Virus record (IMG/VR): IMGVR_UViG_2619619135_000001
Coordinates: 1 to 40,341 of that record
Source of the DNA: a virus
Taxonomy: Duplodnaviria > Heunggongvirae > Uroviricota > Caudoviricetes
Length of the DNA: 40,341 bases
Strand: one strand, 5' to 3'
The notes under the pieces were generated by a model. It was not told the origin of the DNA and ran no database searches. It saw only the letters and a program-made list of their open reading frames with translations. This document shows positions 9,378 through 18,885 of the stretch, one piece after another; the first letter of the stretch is position 1; each line of letters starts with the position of its first letter. Made by a program: the position numbers and the translations under genes.

Positions 9378-10702
9378 TGCACTGGCACCTTCAGAGGGAT
9401 CACCGGCACAAAGCCGGGATGTGTAATGGCATTGCGCCGGATAATGTCCGCGTCACGCGCCGCGTTATCAAACCAGGTCGCCGCCAGCACCAGCGCGGGT
9501 AAAACCTCATCCGGCGTACGCTGAATGATCCGCGCAGACTGTTCAAGGCGCGTGTTGATATCCGCATTCAGATCTGCTTTCACCCGGCGCAGCGCCAGAA
9601 ACAGCACATCACTGGTTGTACGGGACAACTCCTTATCAATTGCCGTATTCAGTGTGTCGCGAATGTCGGTCAGTTCTTCCCACGTTGGCAGGTCAACCGT
9701 GTTTTTCACCGCCGGTGCATTGTTCAGTGCCGGATGCGTGACGGAAGGCCAGCCGGTGCTCTGCGCGGGTGTTGTTGACTGCCCCACTGCGGCATTCTGC
9801 ATCACCGCGGAAGTTGTTGGCGCAGGCAATCGGGTAACGGCATACGCCGCTTCGCTGATTGCAGTCGTACGAAGGGTGCTGGCAACCACGTTACGCTGCT
9901 GCGTCGCTGTGGCGGTGGTTTTACTGTCCGTTTTCCAGACACCGCGCGGTTGCAGATCGCTGCCGAGGCTGACACCGGAAAGCGTTTTGATCATGGTGAC
10001 CAGGTCGCTGGCGTTACCATAAAGGCGCTTCCCGGTACGCCACATTTTCTGCACCTGCTCAACGAAATTTTTGCCTGACGATGGCGGCGGCAGAAGTACC
10101 GAGATATCCCCCTGCAACAGCCTGGCGGCATCCGATACAGCAGAATCCACCACTTTCATCGCATCAGAAACATACCCCAGCATTATGCTGGCATTACCGA
10201 TAACGTCGTTCTGCACAAAATCTGCCACGCCATCGATACTGAAACCACTGAAACTGTCACTGATGCAGTCATCCAGTGCAGAACAGGATGACATCAGCGT
10301 CTGCGCCGTCGCCGCACCTGATGTGGGGTAAGAGAGTTCTCCCGCTTCGACAAACTTCAGGTCAAAGCGGACAATACGCCCTTCACTCTTCGATGTGCTG
10401 ACCCGAACCTCCCCGTCAACACAGACTTTCAGCTCACCGTATGTCGGATGGACAAGCGTGCCGGGACCGGGTTTATTCAGCGCGTCAATCAGGCGATCGC
10501 GCTGGTCAAAGCAGTCATCTCCCACCACATAAGCTGTGATGGACGGGCGGAAAGTGACTTTTCCCAGATCTTCGGTATAGGGCTTGTCGCGGTTCGGGTA
10601 TTCATGTGTTTCCACACGGCGACCGGTTCCCGCACTTTCTTCTTCAACCTTAAACGGTACGCCGCGAAATGACGCATCCTGAAGCCTGCCTTTCCACGTC
10701 AT
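9374..10702 (-). CDS. Tail protein, Mu gp43 (DNA circularisation protein N)-like
   Basis: 442-aa ORF downstream of the tape measure gene; family from memory. Confidence 0.55.
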   Translation of the reverse strand: MTWKGRLQDASFRGVPFKVEEESAGTGRRVETHEYPNRDKPYTEDLGKVTFRPSITAYVVGDDCFDQRDRLIDALNKPGPGTLVHPTYGELKVCVDGEVRVSTSKSEGRIVRFDLKFVEAGELSYPTSGAATAQTLMSSCSALDDCISDSFSGFSIDGVADFVQNDVIGNASIMLGYVSDAMKVVDSAVSDAARLLQGDISVLLPPPSSGKNFVEQVQKMWRTGKRLYGNASDLVTMIKTLSGVSLGSDLQPRGVWKTDSKTTATATQQRNVVASTLRTTAISEAAYAVTRLPAPTTSAVMQNAAVGQSTTPAQSTGWPSVTHPALNNAPAVKNTVDLPTWEELTDIRDTLNTAIDKELSRTTSDVLFLALRRVKADLNADINTRLEQSARIIQRTPDEVLPALVLAATWFDNAARDADIIRRNAITHPGFVPVIPLKVPVQ

Positions 10703-10713
10703 ATAAACTCCGG

Positions 10714-10775
10714 ATACAAAAAACCCGCCAAATCTGCTTTGTCAGTTATTTACATCGCAGAAGATGTGGCGGGGT
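10714..10775 (-). terminator. Candidate intrinsic terminator after the secreted-protein moron
   Basis: Seen (minus strand): CCGCCAcATCT...AGATtTGGCGG imperfect stem with a loop of about 21 nt, followed by TTTTTTG. The long loop lowers confidence. Confidence 0.35.
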
Positions 10776-10792
10776 TCTAATATTTTCAATTA

Positions 10793-11287
10793 CTATCTGA
10801 GTTGAACATCAATGGAATAAACATTACCACTCTTTATAAATTTAGAGTCCGTCCTTTCATCAAAGGATTCAAATGACTGTACCTTTGAAAACTTTTTCAT
10901 TTTATTTTCAAAAATACTTTCATTAACACCAGTTAAATACTTGAATGCTCTACCAGCAAGGACCTCATTACTTAAAGTTTGTGTGTTTTTATTGTCCTTG
11001 AAAAACCAAATAATAACCTTTTGTGGACATGATGGATTATAAACAGATATATAAAACTGCGGCTCATATTTTTCATCAGCATCATCGCCAAGCATTTCTT
11101 CAAAAGACAATTCTCTCCTGAATTCATATTGACGCTTAGTTATTCCTTCATCCTTTACTATCTCTTGCTTAACTGGTGCAATACCTATAGAAGAGATTAA
11201 TTCTGACTCATTAAAGCTGAACTTACACTCTTCCGCTGCCAAGTTAAAAGATAAAAGTGCAGATATAAAAAACACAAAGATACGCAT
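10793..11287 (-). CDS. Secreted protein of unknown function (AT-rich moron in the tail operon)
   Basis: Seen: signal-peptide-like N-terminus MRIFVFFISALLSFNLA|AEE; AAGGG SD 6 nt before the third ATG; a TATAAT element upstream; codon usage is visibly more AT-rich than the neighbours. Confidence 0.6.
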   Translation of the reverse strand: MRIFVFFISALLSFNLAAEECKFSFNESELISSIGIAPVKQEIVKDEGITKRQYEFRRELSFEEMLGDDADEKYEPQFYISVYNPSCPQKVIIWFFKDNKNTQTLSNEVLAGRAFKYLTGVNESIFENKMKKFSKVQSFESFDERTDSKFIKSGNVYSIDVQLR

Positions 11288-11386
11288 AATCATCCCTTCA
11301 ATCATTTGTAAGGAATGATTATATTAACTACTTAAAGTTGAAAACCCAAATTATGCCAGACAAAAACACATTAATCATTTTGTACA

Positions 11387-13219
11387 CTACCTGAACCGCG
11401 TATAGCCAACATCATGGCTGACATCAATACCGCTGGATCGCGTTTCCATAACCCGCATACCTGGTGGCATATTCACAAAAGATACCTTGATCTCACCATC
11501 AACTTTTGGCGCAGAAGCTTTGTTAATCATGAAGGGATTCGGGCCTGTGGCACCGGAGGCGTTGTTTGCCTGAGCCGGATCCACCTCCGGATAAGGAGTG
11601 TATCCCCGTGGCGGTATTCCCGTCCCATAAGCATCATAAGCACCCGCGCCCCACTGCGCCGAGTTAATGGCATCGACCGTGTCACCGGAACTGTCGGTAA
11701 ACCATTCAATAATCGGCTTCAGCTTATCCCACATATCCTGAAACCACTTAACAACCGGTCCCCAGTTATTGATCACCATCCCCAGCGGCGACCAGGCAAA
11801 AACCTTCTTAAGAAGTTCCCAGCCAGTCTCAAAATAAGGACCAATGGTTTCCCAGAGTTTCTTAAAATAAGGTCCGACAACATCCCAGTTAGTGATAATT
11901 AATCCCGCAGCCAGGGCTATCGCCGTCGCAATCATGCCAATCGGCGTCATCGACATGATCCTGCTGACAATACTGATGGCACTGCCCACGCCCATCAATC
12001 CCAGTTTCAGAATCGCAAGACCGGCAGCAAGCCCGACGACGCCGCGAATAACCCGGGGATTTTCATCCGCAAACTTCGTGAATTTCTCCCCCAACTCCCC
12101 CAGCCATTGCGTGATGTTCTTAGCGTCACCAGAAAATGCGCCGCCAATAGCCGCAAGGCCGTTAGTTGCGGTCCCCGTCATTGCCTCCCACAGGTTGGAC
12201 AGCGTACCAAGCTGAGCCTGAACACGTTTATTCAGGCTGGCCTGTTTATTCATCTTCTGCTGGATCTGATCGTAGCCATCCTTTCCTTTATCGATCAGCG
12301 CATTGACCACCTGAAGGGTTTCGGCATCATCACCAAATATTGCCTTAAGTACACCGGTTCGCTTAACGTCGGTAAGTTTTCGCAGCTTTGCCAGTTGCTT
12401 AAACATGTTATCAAGACCGCCAAAACTTCCTTTGCCGTCAGTAAAATCGAGCTGTACCCCGAGTTTCTGACGGGCCATAACTTTATTGACGTCCCTGATT
12501 TTCTTAACGCTTAATCCGGACTGGATAACTTTTCGCAGGGCATTACCTGCCGACTCCCCGTTCATCCCCATCTGATCCATCATGACGCTGATGGGGGCAA
12601 GGCTCTGTGCAGCCTGAAGACCGTCCTTGTTCACCATCTTCAGAACAGAGCTGGTTTTAGTGAAGAAGGACAACATGTTGGTATCGTCAACGCCCAGATA
12701 AAACGCCTTCTGGATAGTGTCGAACAGCCCCATCATGTCTTCTGACGCCGTTCCGGTAGCATCCTGCATCTTTGCGGCAAACTCAGCAGCCGCTTCCGGT
12801 GTTTTTTTCAGTTGTACCGCAAGAAAAGCTGTCGCTTTACCCACACCGCCAAGAATGTTTTCTGCCGGGATCCCCTGACGCACCAGCATCTGCATCATGT
12901 TCTGAAAATCAGCTGTTGTACCGGGTAGCTGGTTACCCAGGCCAATAGCCAGTTTATTGATGTCCTGAAAGCTCTTTCCAACCTCGCCGTTCGCATCCAT
13001 CATGGCGACTTTCAGCCCGGTGGCGGCGTTTTCCTGATCGGCATAAGATTTCAGGGAAAGCGTCAGACCCGCTGCCAGTCCGCCACCAAGCGCCAGCCCA
13101 CCCTGTGACGCTTCTTCCGCCTGGCGTTTAAATCCCCGGATTTTCTTTTGCATTTTCGACAGCGCGGGAGAAAGCCTGTCGACACCGGTGATCAACGCCT
13201 TAAGCTCAAATTCAGCCAT
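11387..13219 (-). CDS. Tail tape measure protein
   Basis: 610-aa ORF, Gly/Ala-rich with hydrophobic segments, immediately downstream of the frameshifting chaperone pair. Confidence 0.8.
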   Translation of the reverse strand: MAEFELKALITGVDRLSPALSKMQKKIRGFKRQAEEASQGGLALGGGLAAGLTLSLKSYADQENAATGLKVAMMDANGEVGKSFQDINKLAIGLGNQLPGTTADFQNMMQMLVRQGIPAENILGGVGKATAFLAVQLKKTPEAAAEFAAKMQDATGTASEDMMGLFDTIQKAFYLGVDDTNMLSFFTKTSSVLKMVNKDGLQAAQSLAPISVMMDQMGMNGESAGNALRKVIQSGLSVKKIRDVNKVMARQKLGVQLDFTDGKGSFGGLDNMFKQLAKLRKLTDVKRTGVLKAIFGDDAETLQVVNALIDKGKDGYDQIQQKMNKQASLNKRVQAQLGTLSNLWEAMTGTATNGLAAIGGAFSGDAKNITQWLGELGEKFTKFADENPRVIRGVVGLAAGLAILKLGLMGVGSAISIVSRIMSMTPIGMIATAIALAAGLIITNWDVVGPYFKKLWETIGPYFETGWELLKKVFAWSPLGMVINNWGPVVKWFQDMWDKLKPIIEWFTDSSGDTVDAINSAQWGAGAYDAYGTGIPPRGYTPYPEVDPAQANNASGATGPNPFMINKASAPKVDGEIKVSFVNMPPGMRVMETRSSGIDVSHDVGYTRFR

Positions 13220-13394
13220 GTGTGCGTTTCTCCTGCTCTATCCTGTTTGCCTGACTGACCAGCAAGGGAATTTCACTGATCGGCATATTCAGCAATTCGA
13301 AGGGATTAATGCGCCAGTAGCTGGCGCAGTCAAAGAAGCGATCAGTGAGGTATTCAGCCGTCAGGCCTGGAGGAAAAAACCAGCCACAAGCCAC
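13212..13394 (-). CDS. Tail assembly chaperone -1 frameshift extension (G-T / E-E' type fusion)
   Basis: Seen: this -1 frame ORF overlaps the chaperone 3' end, has no independent ATG/SD, and ends at the tape measure start. Slippery site T-TTT-TTC at 13373-13379 (minus strand). Confidence 0.5.
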   Translation of the reverse strand: MACGWFFPPGLTAEYLTDRFFDCASYWRINPFELLNMPISEIPLLVSQANRIEQEKRTHG

Positions 13395-13630
13395 GCCGCT
13401 GCATTCAGGTCTGCCGGAGACATCTGGTCGACAGAGCTTTGCGGCACTTTCGCCAGCCGCACAATGTATTTCGATACCACATGCGCCAGAAGTCTGACGG
13501 ACTCATCCTGATTCATCTGGTAGGGATACCCCAGCTCGCGGACATCTTTCCCGGTGGGCTCATCAAACTCCAGTACGGAGAGTGTCTCGCCATGAGCGGT
13601 AATCGGTTTCTTTAACTCAAGCTCTTTCAT
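13361..13630 (-). CDS. Tail assembly chaperone (zero-frame product)
   Basis: 89-aa ORF between the tube and tape measure genes; it contains a TTTTTTC slippery heptamer 4 codons before its stop. Confidence 0.65.
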   Translation of the reverse strand: MKELELKKPITAHGETLSVLEFDEPTGKDVRELGYPYQMNQDESVRLLAHVVSKYIVRLAKVPQSSVDQMSPADLNAAAWLVAGFFLQA

Positions 13631-13986
13631 TACTGGTAATCCCCTTCTTCACCGTGGAACTCAAGATCGACCGTGCCTTCTTCGGCATTATGGTTCGCTT
13701 CGCCGTGCAGCCAGGCAGACGACAGTACATAGACCTGACCGTTCGCCAGCTCGGCAGTGATGGTCATCTCATCAGACGAGGTGATTTTGCTCACCGGAAA
13801 ATTCTTCGGCACCTTGAAGGTCCCTTTGACATAAGGCGCACGGTGAGTTTCCTTGCGGTCCACTGAACCGTCCAGGCCGATGATGTCATCATTGACCGTC
13901 CTGTTCATGGGCACCTCAATGCCGCCGGTCAGCGATAGCTGCTGACCGTCAATTTTGAAATAACAGGTTCCCCCGATACGGGCCAT
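13630..13986 (-). CDS. Tail tube protein
   Basis: 118-aa ORF directly downstream of the sheath gene, with an overlapping stop/start. Confidence 0.7.
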   Translation of the reverse strand: MARIGGTCYFKIDGQQLSLTGGIEVPMNRTVNDDIIGLDGSVDRKETHRAPYVKGTFKVPKNFPVSKITSSDEMTITAELANGQVYVLSSAWLHGEANHNAEEGTVDLEFHGEEGDYQ

Positions 13987-15482
13987 TATGCAGACTCCTC
14001 TGAATACTGAAGACGGAACTGGTTAACCACTGCAAAGACACGCAACTGGTTAACATAGTCAGGCGGGAACAGCGTGTTCAGGCGGTTCGGATCGCTGGCA
14101 TCACGCTCCACAACCAGGTACTGCTTAAACAGTTCGTAGTTTTCCACGATCCCCGCACGCTCAAGCTGACGGTAGGTTGCCAGCAGTTCCCCTTTGATCA
14201 CCGCCGGGGTGACAATCGCCTGACCGGGACCAAAGCGGGTACCGTCACTGGCAAGCTTGTGACGCCCGTACTTACTGGTAATGACGGATTTCAGTTTGCG
14301 CAGCACATACGCGCTGGTATGCAGCGTCTCGCTGTCGAGGTAGCTGTTATCCGCAACACCGTAAGCGTTTTTCCTGTACGTGGTGACATCACGCTGAATG
14401 CGCAGCACCCCGCTTTCGACATACGCCGTTGCCACGCCATGAGACAGCAGGGTCTGTTGTTCGGTCATCGTGAACCGTTTCCCCTTCGGCGCAGGCAGCA
14501 TACCCACCAGCTCACCGGTCTGTGTGGGACGTGCCGGATCGTTGCGAATAAACACCGCTGCGCGGGCGGTACGGCTTGCCGCCAGCTCGTCGGCAGGCGT
14601 CTGGGTCTCTTTTTCGTACCCCGCCAGGGTAATGTGCTGCTGGTTAAACTGGTCACCTGCGGTCACAAGTTCTGACAGCGTGCCGATCTTTGCCGTATAC
14701 ACATGACCATACAGCTGACGCGCATAGCTCCAGCGACCGCTGGTATCGTTCATCTCGGTCACCAGCGTGTTAACGGAGGCCGTGTCGTTGAACGGCAGGC
14801 CGATATAATCAAACGGCTCATCCGCCATTGCAGCCACCGCGCCGGTGAGAACCGGAGCACCCGTTCCGGCGGTACCCGTCGCCACGGCAATCTGTACGCC
14901 CGCTGGCAGCACTTCGCCCCCACCAAAGCCGTAGTAATTGAGGCTGACAGGAATTTCATTCCCGCAAAGCCCCTTATGACGCGCGGTCAGTGTGACCACG
15001 CCTGCCGAAGATGAAGCCGTAAACGGCAGGGTCGGAACGGCATTGATGGCATCCTGGATACTGCTGGCAATCATCGTGACGTTATCGCCGTTAGTCACCG
15101 GTGCCTGCACGCGGGTACGTCCCACATACACATTCACCGTGCCGGTTTCGGTTGCCGCCCCGGTCACCGTCAGCGTAACCGTTGCCGCCGCGCCGGTGGA
15201 TTCAGGAACGGCAATCACATACAGCTCGCCAAACGGGTCAGTCTGGCGATAAGCCTCGACCATACGCGCCAGCTGACTTCCCGCACCACAAATCTGGCGT
15301 GCATAGTCTGCCGACGGCATCAGTACCAGACTGTTGGCAACAATCTCTGCACCGTTATTGGCATGACCAATCAGCAGCGATGCTCCGCTGTCCTGTGCAG
15401 TATTCGCCGCCTGGTTATCCATTTCCGCATAAAACAGCGGAACCAGCGTATTCGACGGAATGGTGTTAAAGCTTATCGTCAT
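13986..15482 (-). CDS. Contractile tail sheath protein
   Basis: 498-aa ORF in the sheath-tube-chaperone-tape-measure order. Confidence 0.8.
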   Translation of the reverse strand: MTISFNTIPSNTLVPLFYAEMDNQAANTAQDSGASLLIGHANNGAEIVANSLVLMPSADYARQICGAGSQLARMVEAYRQTDPFGELYVIAVPESTGAAATVTLTVTGAATETGTVNVYVGRTRVQAPVTNGDNVTMIASSIQDAINAVPTLPFTASSSAGVVTLTARHKGLCGNEIPVSLNYYGFGGGEVLPAGVQIAVATGTAGTGAPVLTGAVAAMADEPFDYIGLPFNDTASVNTLVTEMNDTSGRWSYARQLYGHVYTAKIGTLSELVTAGDQFNQQHITLAGYEKETQTPADELAASRTARAAVFIRNDPARPTQTGELVGMLPAPKGKRFTMTEQQTLLSHGVATAYVESGVLRIQRDVTTYRKNAYGVADNSYLDSETLHTSAYVLRKLKSVITSKYGRHKLASDGTRFGPGQAIVTPAVIKGELLATYRQLERAGIVENYELFKQYLVVERDASDPNRLNTLFPPDYVNQLRVFAVVNQFRLQYSEESA

Positions 15483-15636
15483 CGGTGTTCACCTTTTTAT
15501 TCACGCGCCGGATATCACCCGCTGCTTCACGGCGCAGCCAGTAGTTGTTCTCGTCAACATTTCGCCCTTCGGCGGGCAAAAGGTCGCCGCGGGCAGGGTC
15601 AGGAACTGACCGCCCTTTAACAGGTTTGACAAACAT
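15466..15636 (-). CDS. Small tail-module protein (56 aa)
   Basis: Not in the supplied track (under 60 aa). Seen: ATG at 15634-15636 with GAGGA 6 nt upstream; its stop overlaps the sheath start. Confidence 0.35.
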   Translation of the reverse strand: MFVKPVKGRSVPDPARGDLLPAEGRNVDENNYWLRREAAGDIRRVNKKVNTDDDKL

Positions 15637-15644
15637 GAGGATCC

Positions 15645-16205
15645 TCAGGAAGGAAGGGTTATTTCGGTGTGATGTTCGATATCGCCGTCAGGCCCGTTAC
15701 CGGGCTCGAGATAATCAACATCAATCGCCAGCGTTTGCAGTTCATCCAGACTGTTCAGATCATCCTGCTGGCGGGTATCGTCTTCAGTCAGCTCGCTGAT
15801 GACCGAAAAATCGAACTGATAAATCAGCTCATGACGATTCAGATCCAGCAGCGTGCCGCCGTCATAGGTAATCGGGTTACCGCACGCTTCCGGGTTCCAG
15901 CCCAGCAGGGCCTTAAAGAGCATCTGCCGGACATCGTCCACCACATCATACGAGGCAAACTGACCGCGCTCATCACGCCCGTTACTCAGTATGACAACCA
16001 CGGAGAAGCCCTCTTTCAGCTCCTGCCAGTAGTCGGTCTGGCTTTTGTTTTCTCCCGGAGAGTCATCACCCGGTACCACATACGCCGCCGGGAGTCTCAG
16101 CTTTCCGACCTCCGGCAGATTTTTGAACTGTGCCGCGCCTGCCACCCGGTTTTCAAAATACGGGCAGCGGGCACGCAGCGCAGCAATAACAGGCGTCAGT
16201 TTCAT
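15645..16205 (-). CDS. Tail neck/terminator-like protein
   Basis: 186-aa acidic ORF between the head-tail joining genes and the sheath; function from position only. Confidence 0.4.
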   Translation of the reverse strand: MKLTPVIAALRARCPYFENRVAGAAQFKNLPEVGKLRLPAAYVVPGDDSPGENKSQTDYWQELKEGFSVVVILSNGRDERGQFASYDVVDDVRQMLFKALLGWNPEACGNPITYDGGTLLDLNRHELIYQFDFSVISELTEDDTRQQDDLNSLDELQTLAIDVDYLEPGNGPDGDIEHHTEITLPS

Positions 16206-16708
16206 CTGTGTCGTCGCTCCGGCTTCAGTGATTTACGCAATTCCCGCGCCAGAAAATAGCGTGTCCAGCTGCGGTTCTTTTCAAGAGTTTCCACCATAAA
16301 GTTATTACGTGGAGCTAGTCGCCAGCCGCTGCCACCGGATGCACCACGATGATGGCTGCGACGACGCTTTGCCCCTCGCCTCACGCCATAGAACAGAAAA
16401 GCCGGATAAAAATCACCGGTGATACGGCGGTTTCCCTCTCCATTACGCTGGTTAGGGGCTATACGTGCCATAAAACCAGGGCGATGTTTACTGGCTCTGG
16501 GTACCATGTAACCAATCGAACGAGCCAGGCGTCCGGTCTGATAACCGGGGTTTTCACCCGGTGCCGACCGCGCACGGCGCATCACCAGCCGACGGGCATC
16601 ACGCATATGACGCTGACCAATCGTGACAAACGCCCGCCTGACACGGGCGCGGTTAAAGCGCATCTCCGCGGGCTGCTGAAAATCAACGTGCAAAAAGGAA
16701 GTCGTCAT
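16202..16708 (-). CDS. Arg-rich tail completion protein (HK97 gp10-like?)
   Basis: 168-aa strongly basic ORF in the head-tail joining block. Confidence 0.4.
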   Translation of the reverse strand: MTTSFLHVDFQQPAEMRFNRARVRRAFVTIGQRHMRDARRLVMRRARSAPGENPGYQTGRLARSIGYMVPRASKHRPGFMARIAPNQRNGEGNRRITGDFYPAFLFYGVRRGAKRRRSHHRGASGGSGWRLAPRNNFMVETLEKNRSWTRYFLARELRKSLKPERRHR

Positions 16709-17093
16709 TGTTGCCTCCGTGACTCTGCCTACATTCGCCCAGCTCCGTACACTCCAGCAGCAGAAAGCGCCGCGCCCCGTTCAGATCGCGCTGACGTTTC
16801 ACCCGGTACACACTGTCACCGCAGACCACCTCATAATCAGCGGTGATCCCCCGGCGGTAACGAATGGTGATGTAATGGGTGATGGCGTCCCCGGTCTGCG
16901 CGGTTTCCTGCCAGGTGGTGGCACTGGTCTGGATAACCTTCGCCCATGTCCGGAACGTAACCGGGTATTGAGGCTCCACGCCAAAGTTATCCGCGGGCAT
17001 ATCCACCCGCAGGCGGATCAGGACGCGTTTATTCAGTTCACCGGGGTCCGGCAGAATGTAGGTTGCGCTGGTCTGCGCCTGACGAATTTTCAT
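16683..17093 (-). CDS. Head closure / head-tail adaptor protein
   Basis: 136-aa ORF following the connector gene. Confidence 0.45.
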   Translation of the reverse strand: MKIRQAQTSATYILPDPGELNKRVLIRLRVDMPADNFGVEPQYPVTFRTWAKVIQTSATTWQETAQTGDAITHYITIRYRRGITADYEVVCGDSVYRVKRQRDLNGARRFLLLECTELGECRQSHGGNNDDFLFAR

Positions 17094-17413
17094 TGCGGAA
17101 AGTACCTGTACGGGCCGACAAGCCAGCCAAAACTCTGCGGCATGTCGAGTTTCTCCACTTCCGTAACCGACGAGCGGTTTTCGTAAAAATGGCTGATAAG
17201 CATCAGCATCCCCAGACGAATATCATCCGGCAGGTGCAGCCCGTCCGGATCGCTGTCCGGAATGGTTTCATCCGGAGCATAGAGCTTCCGGTTCAGATAC
17301 GTTTCCGTCCGCTTTTGCGCCGCACAGGCCAGCAGTTGCAGATGGCGGTCATCAGCATCGAAATCCTCATCCAGCCGGAGTTGGGCTTTAATCTCTTCCA
17401 TTGTCAGAAGCAT
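17090..17413 (-). CDS. Head-tail connector protein (gp6-like)
   Basis: 107-aa ORF with an MEEIKAQLRLD-type N-terminus, common in this family (from memory). Confidence 0.55.
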   Translation of the reverse strand: MLLTMEEIKAQLRLDEDFDADDRHLQLLACAAQKRTETYLNRKLYAPDETIPDSDPDGLHLPDDIRLGMLMLISHFYENRSSVTEVEKLDMPQSFGWLVGPYRYFPQ

Positions 17414-17415
17414 AC

Positions 17416-17616
17416 TCAGCCCTCTTTACTGGTCGTGGCTTTTTTCTCTTTTGTCGCTTTACTGCTTTTTGCACTGGTTCCGCGCTCTGCTAACCCGGCC
17501 TGAAGTGCAATCTCCTGCACCCGGGCAGGAAGCGCCCCGTCGTCATACTCACCGGCCCGAATGACCTCAACACGCATACCGTCCGGTGACCATTTCAGAT
17601 CTTGTTTCAGGATCAT
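17416..17616 (-). CDS. Small head-module protein
   Basis: 66-aa ORF between the capsid and connector genes. Confidence 0.35.
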   Translation of the reverse strand: MILKQDLKWSPDGMRVEVIRAGEYDDGALPARVQEIALQAGLAERGTSAKSSKATKEKKATTSKEG

Positions 17617-17665
17617 GATTCTTCACCCGTCAGAACAGGGGGCGCGGTTCCACGCCCCTGAGTGA

Positions 17666-18871
17666 TTACGCCGCTGCAATCTTCAGCAGTTTGATGGCCT
17701 GCGAATCGACCAGCATCCCGCCGGTGCGCTTGGTGGTATAAAAACCGACAAACGGTTTATTGGTGTACGGGTCACGCAGAATGCGGGTGCCGATACGGTC
17801 AACGATGGTGTAACCCCGTTTGAAGTTACCAAATGCAATGGCTTTCGCATCAGCGGCGATATCCGGCATCTGTTCGTTTTCAGCGATACCGTAACCCGCC
17901 AGAGAGGACGGCTGCCCCAGTTCCAGCCCCGGACGCCACAGATAGTTACCCTCGGTGTCTTTCAGCAGACGGATGGCAAACAGGCTGTTGTTGTTCATCA
18001 TGAACTTCGCGCCAGTGCGGTGTGCCTTACGCAGCGTGTAAATCAGTTTGATAATGGCGTCTGCGGTCACCGCGGTCGCTTCGCCGGATACAATATGCTG
18101 AAGTTTGCCGAACGCCCGGACCTTGTCGGTTTCATCAGTGGATTCATACGCCAGGAACCCTTTCGGCTTCTTGGTGCCATCGCCTGAGGTAAAGGCAATT
18201 TCTTCCTGTTCGGCAAATTCGGTTGCCAGCTCGCTGTTGATCCAGGCCTCCACGTTGAAGAAGGCATCGTCCAGCATTTTCTGGGTAGCCTGCGGGTTGC
18301 CGTAAATTTCCCCCATGAGAGGTTCAATCAGCTCCAGTCTGGAGGTGGCTGTCTGGGATCGCGTATCCGTTTCCCCCACCCATCCGGAAGCCGTACCGCC
18401 CAGATTCACCAGTTTTTTGTAGTCGGAACCGCCAACGGTGATCACCGTGGCTTCCTGACGCATCACCACTTCATCTTTCAGCAGGTTAAGAATGTTGCGA
18501 TCCAGTGCTTCCGGCACGGCGTAGCCACCGTCTTCATCGGTACCCACCTGCAATGCCTTACGCTCCAGATCGCGCAGACCGTCTTCACGGCCTTTACGCA
18601 GGAAGCCCACAAACGCCTCTTTATGCTCGGTGGCCAGTTTATTTTGCGCTCCACCAGCCGGACGTTTCAGCTCAAGCAGCTCTTTTTCAAGATCACTTTT
18701 GAGATTTTCCAGCTCGCTGAGTTTCCCGTTCAGGGTTTCCACCTGCCCGGCAAGCTTGCCTTTTTCCTGCTCAATCGCATCCACGCGCTTGTCGTTCTTT
18801 GCTTTAAAGTCGTCAAACTTCTGCTGCAGCTCCTGCGCGACCTGTTCGACATCTTTAATATCAACCGCCAT
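17666..18871 (-). CDS. Major capsid protein, HK97 fold
   Basis: 401-aa ORF with a coiled-coil N-terminal delta-like region, downstream of the prohead protease; AGGAG SD 7 nt before the ATG. Confidence 0.85.
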   Translation of the reverse strand: MAVDIKDVEQVAQELQQKFDDFKAKNDKRVDAIEQEKGKLAGQVETLNGKLSELENLKSDLEKELLELKRPAGGAQNKLATEHKEAFVGFLRKGREDGLRDLERKALQVGTDEDGGYAVPEALDRNILNLLKDEVVMRQEATVITVGGSDYKKLVNLGGTASGWVGETDTRSQTATSRLELIEPLMGEIYGNPQATQKMLDDAFFNVEAWINSELATEFAEQEEIAFTSGDGTKKPKGFLAYESTDETDKVRAFGKLQHIVSGEATAVTADAIIKLIYTLRKAHRTGAKFMMNNNSLFAIRLLKDTEGNYLWRPGLELGQPSSLAGYGIAENEQMPDIAADAKAIAFGNFKRGYTIVDRIGTRILRDPYTNKPFVGFYTTKRTGGMLVDSQAIKLLKIAAA

Positions 18872-18885
18872 CGTATTTCTCCTGA

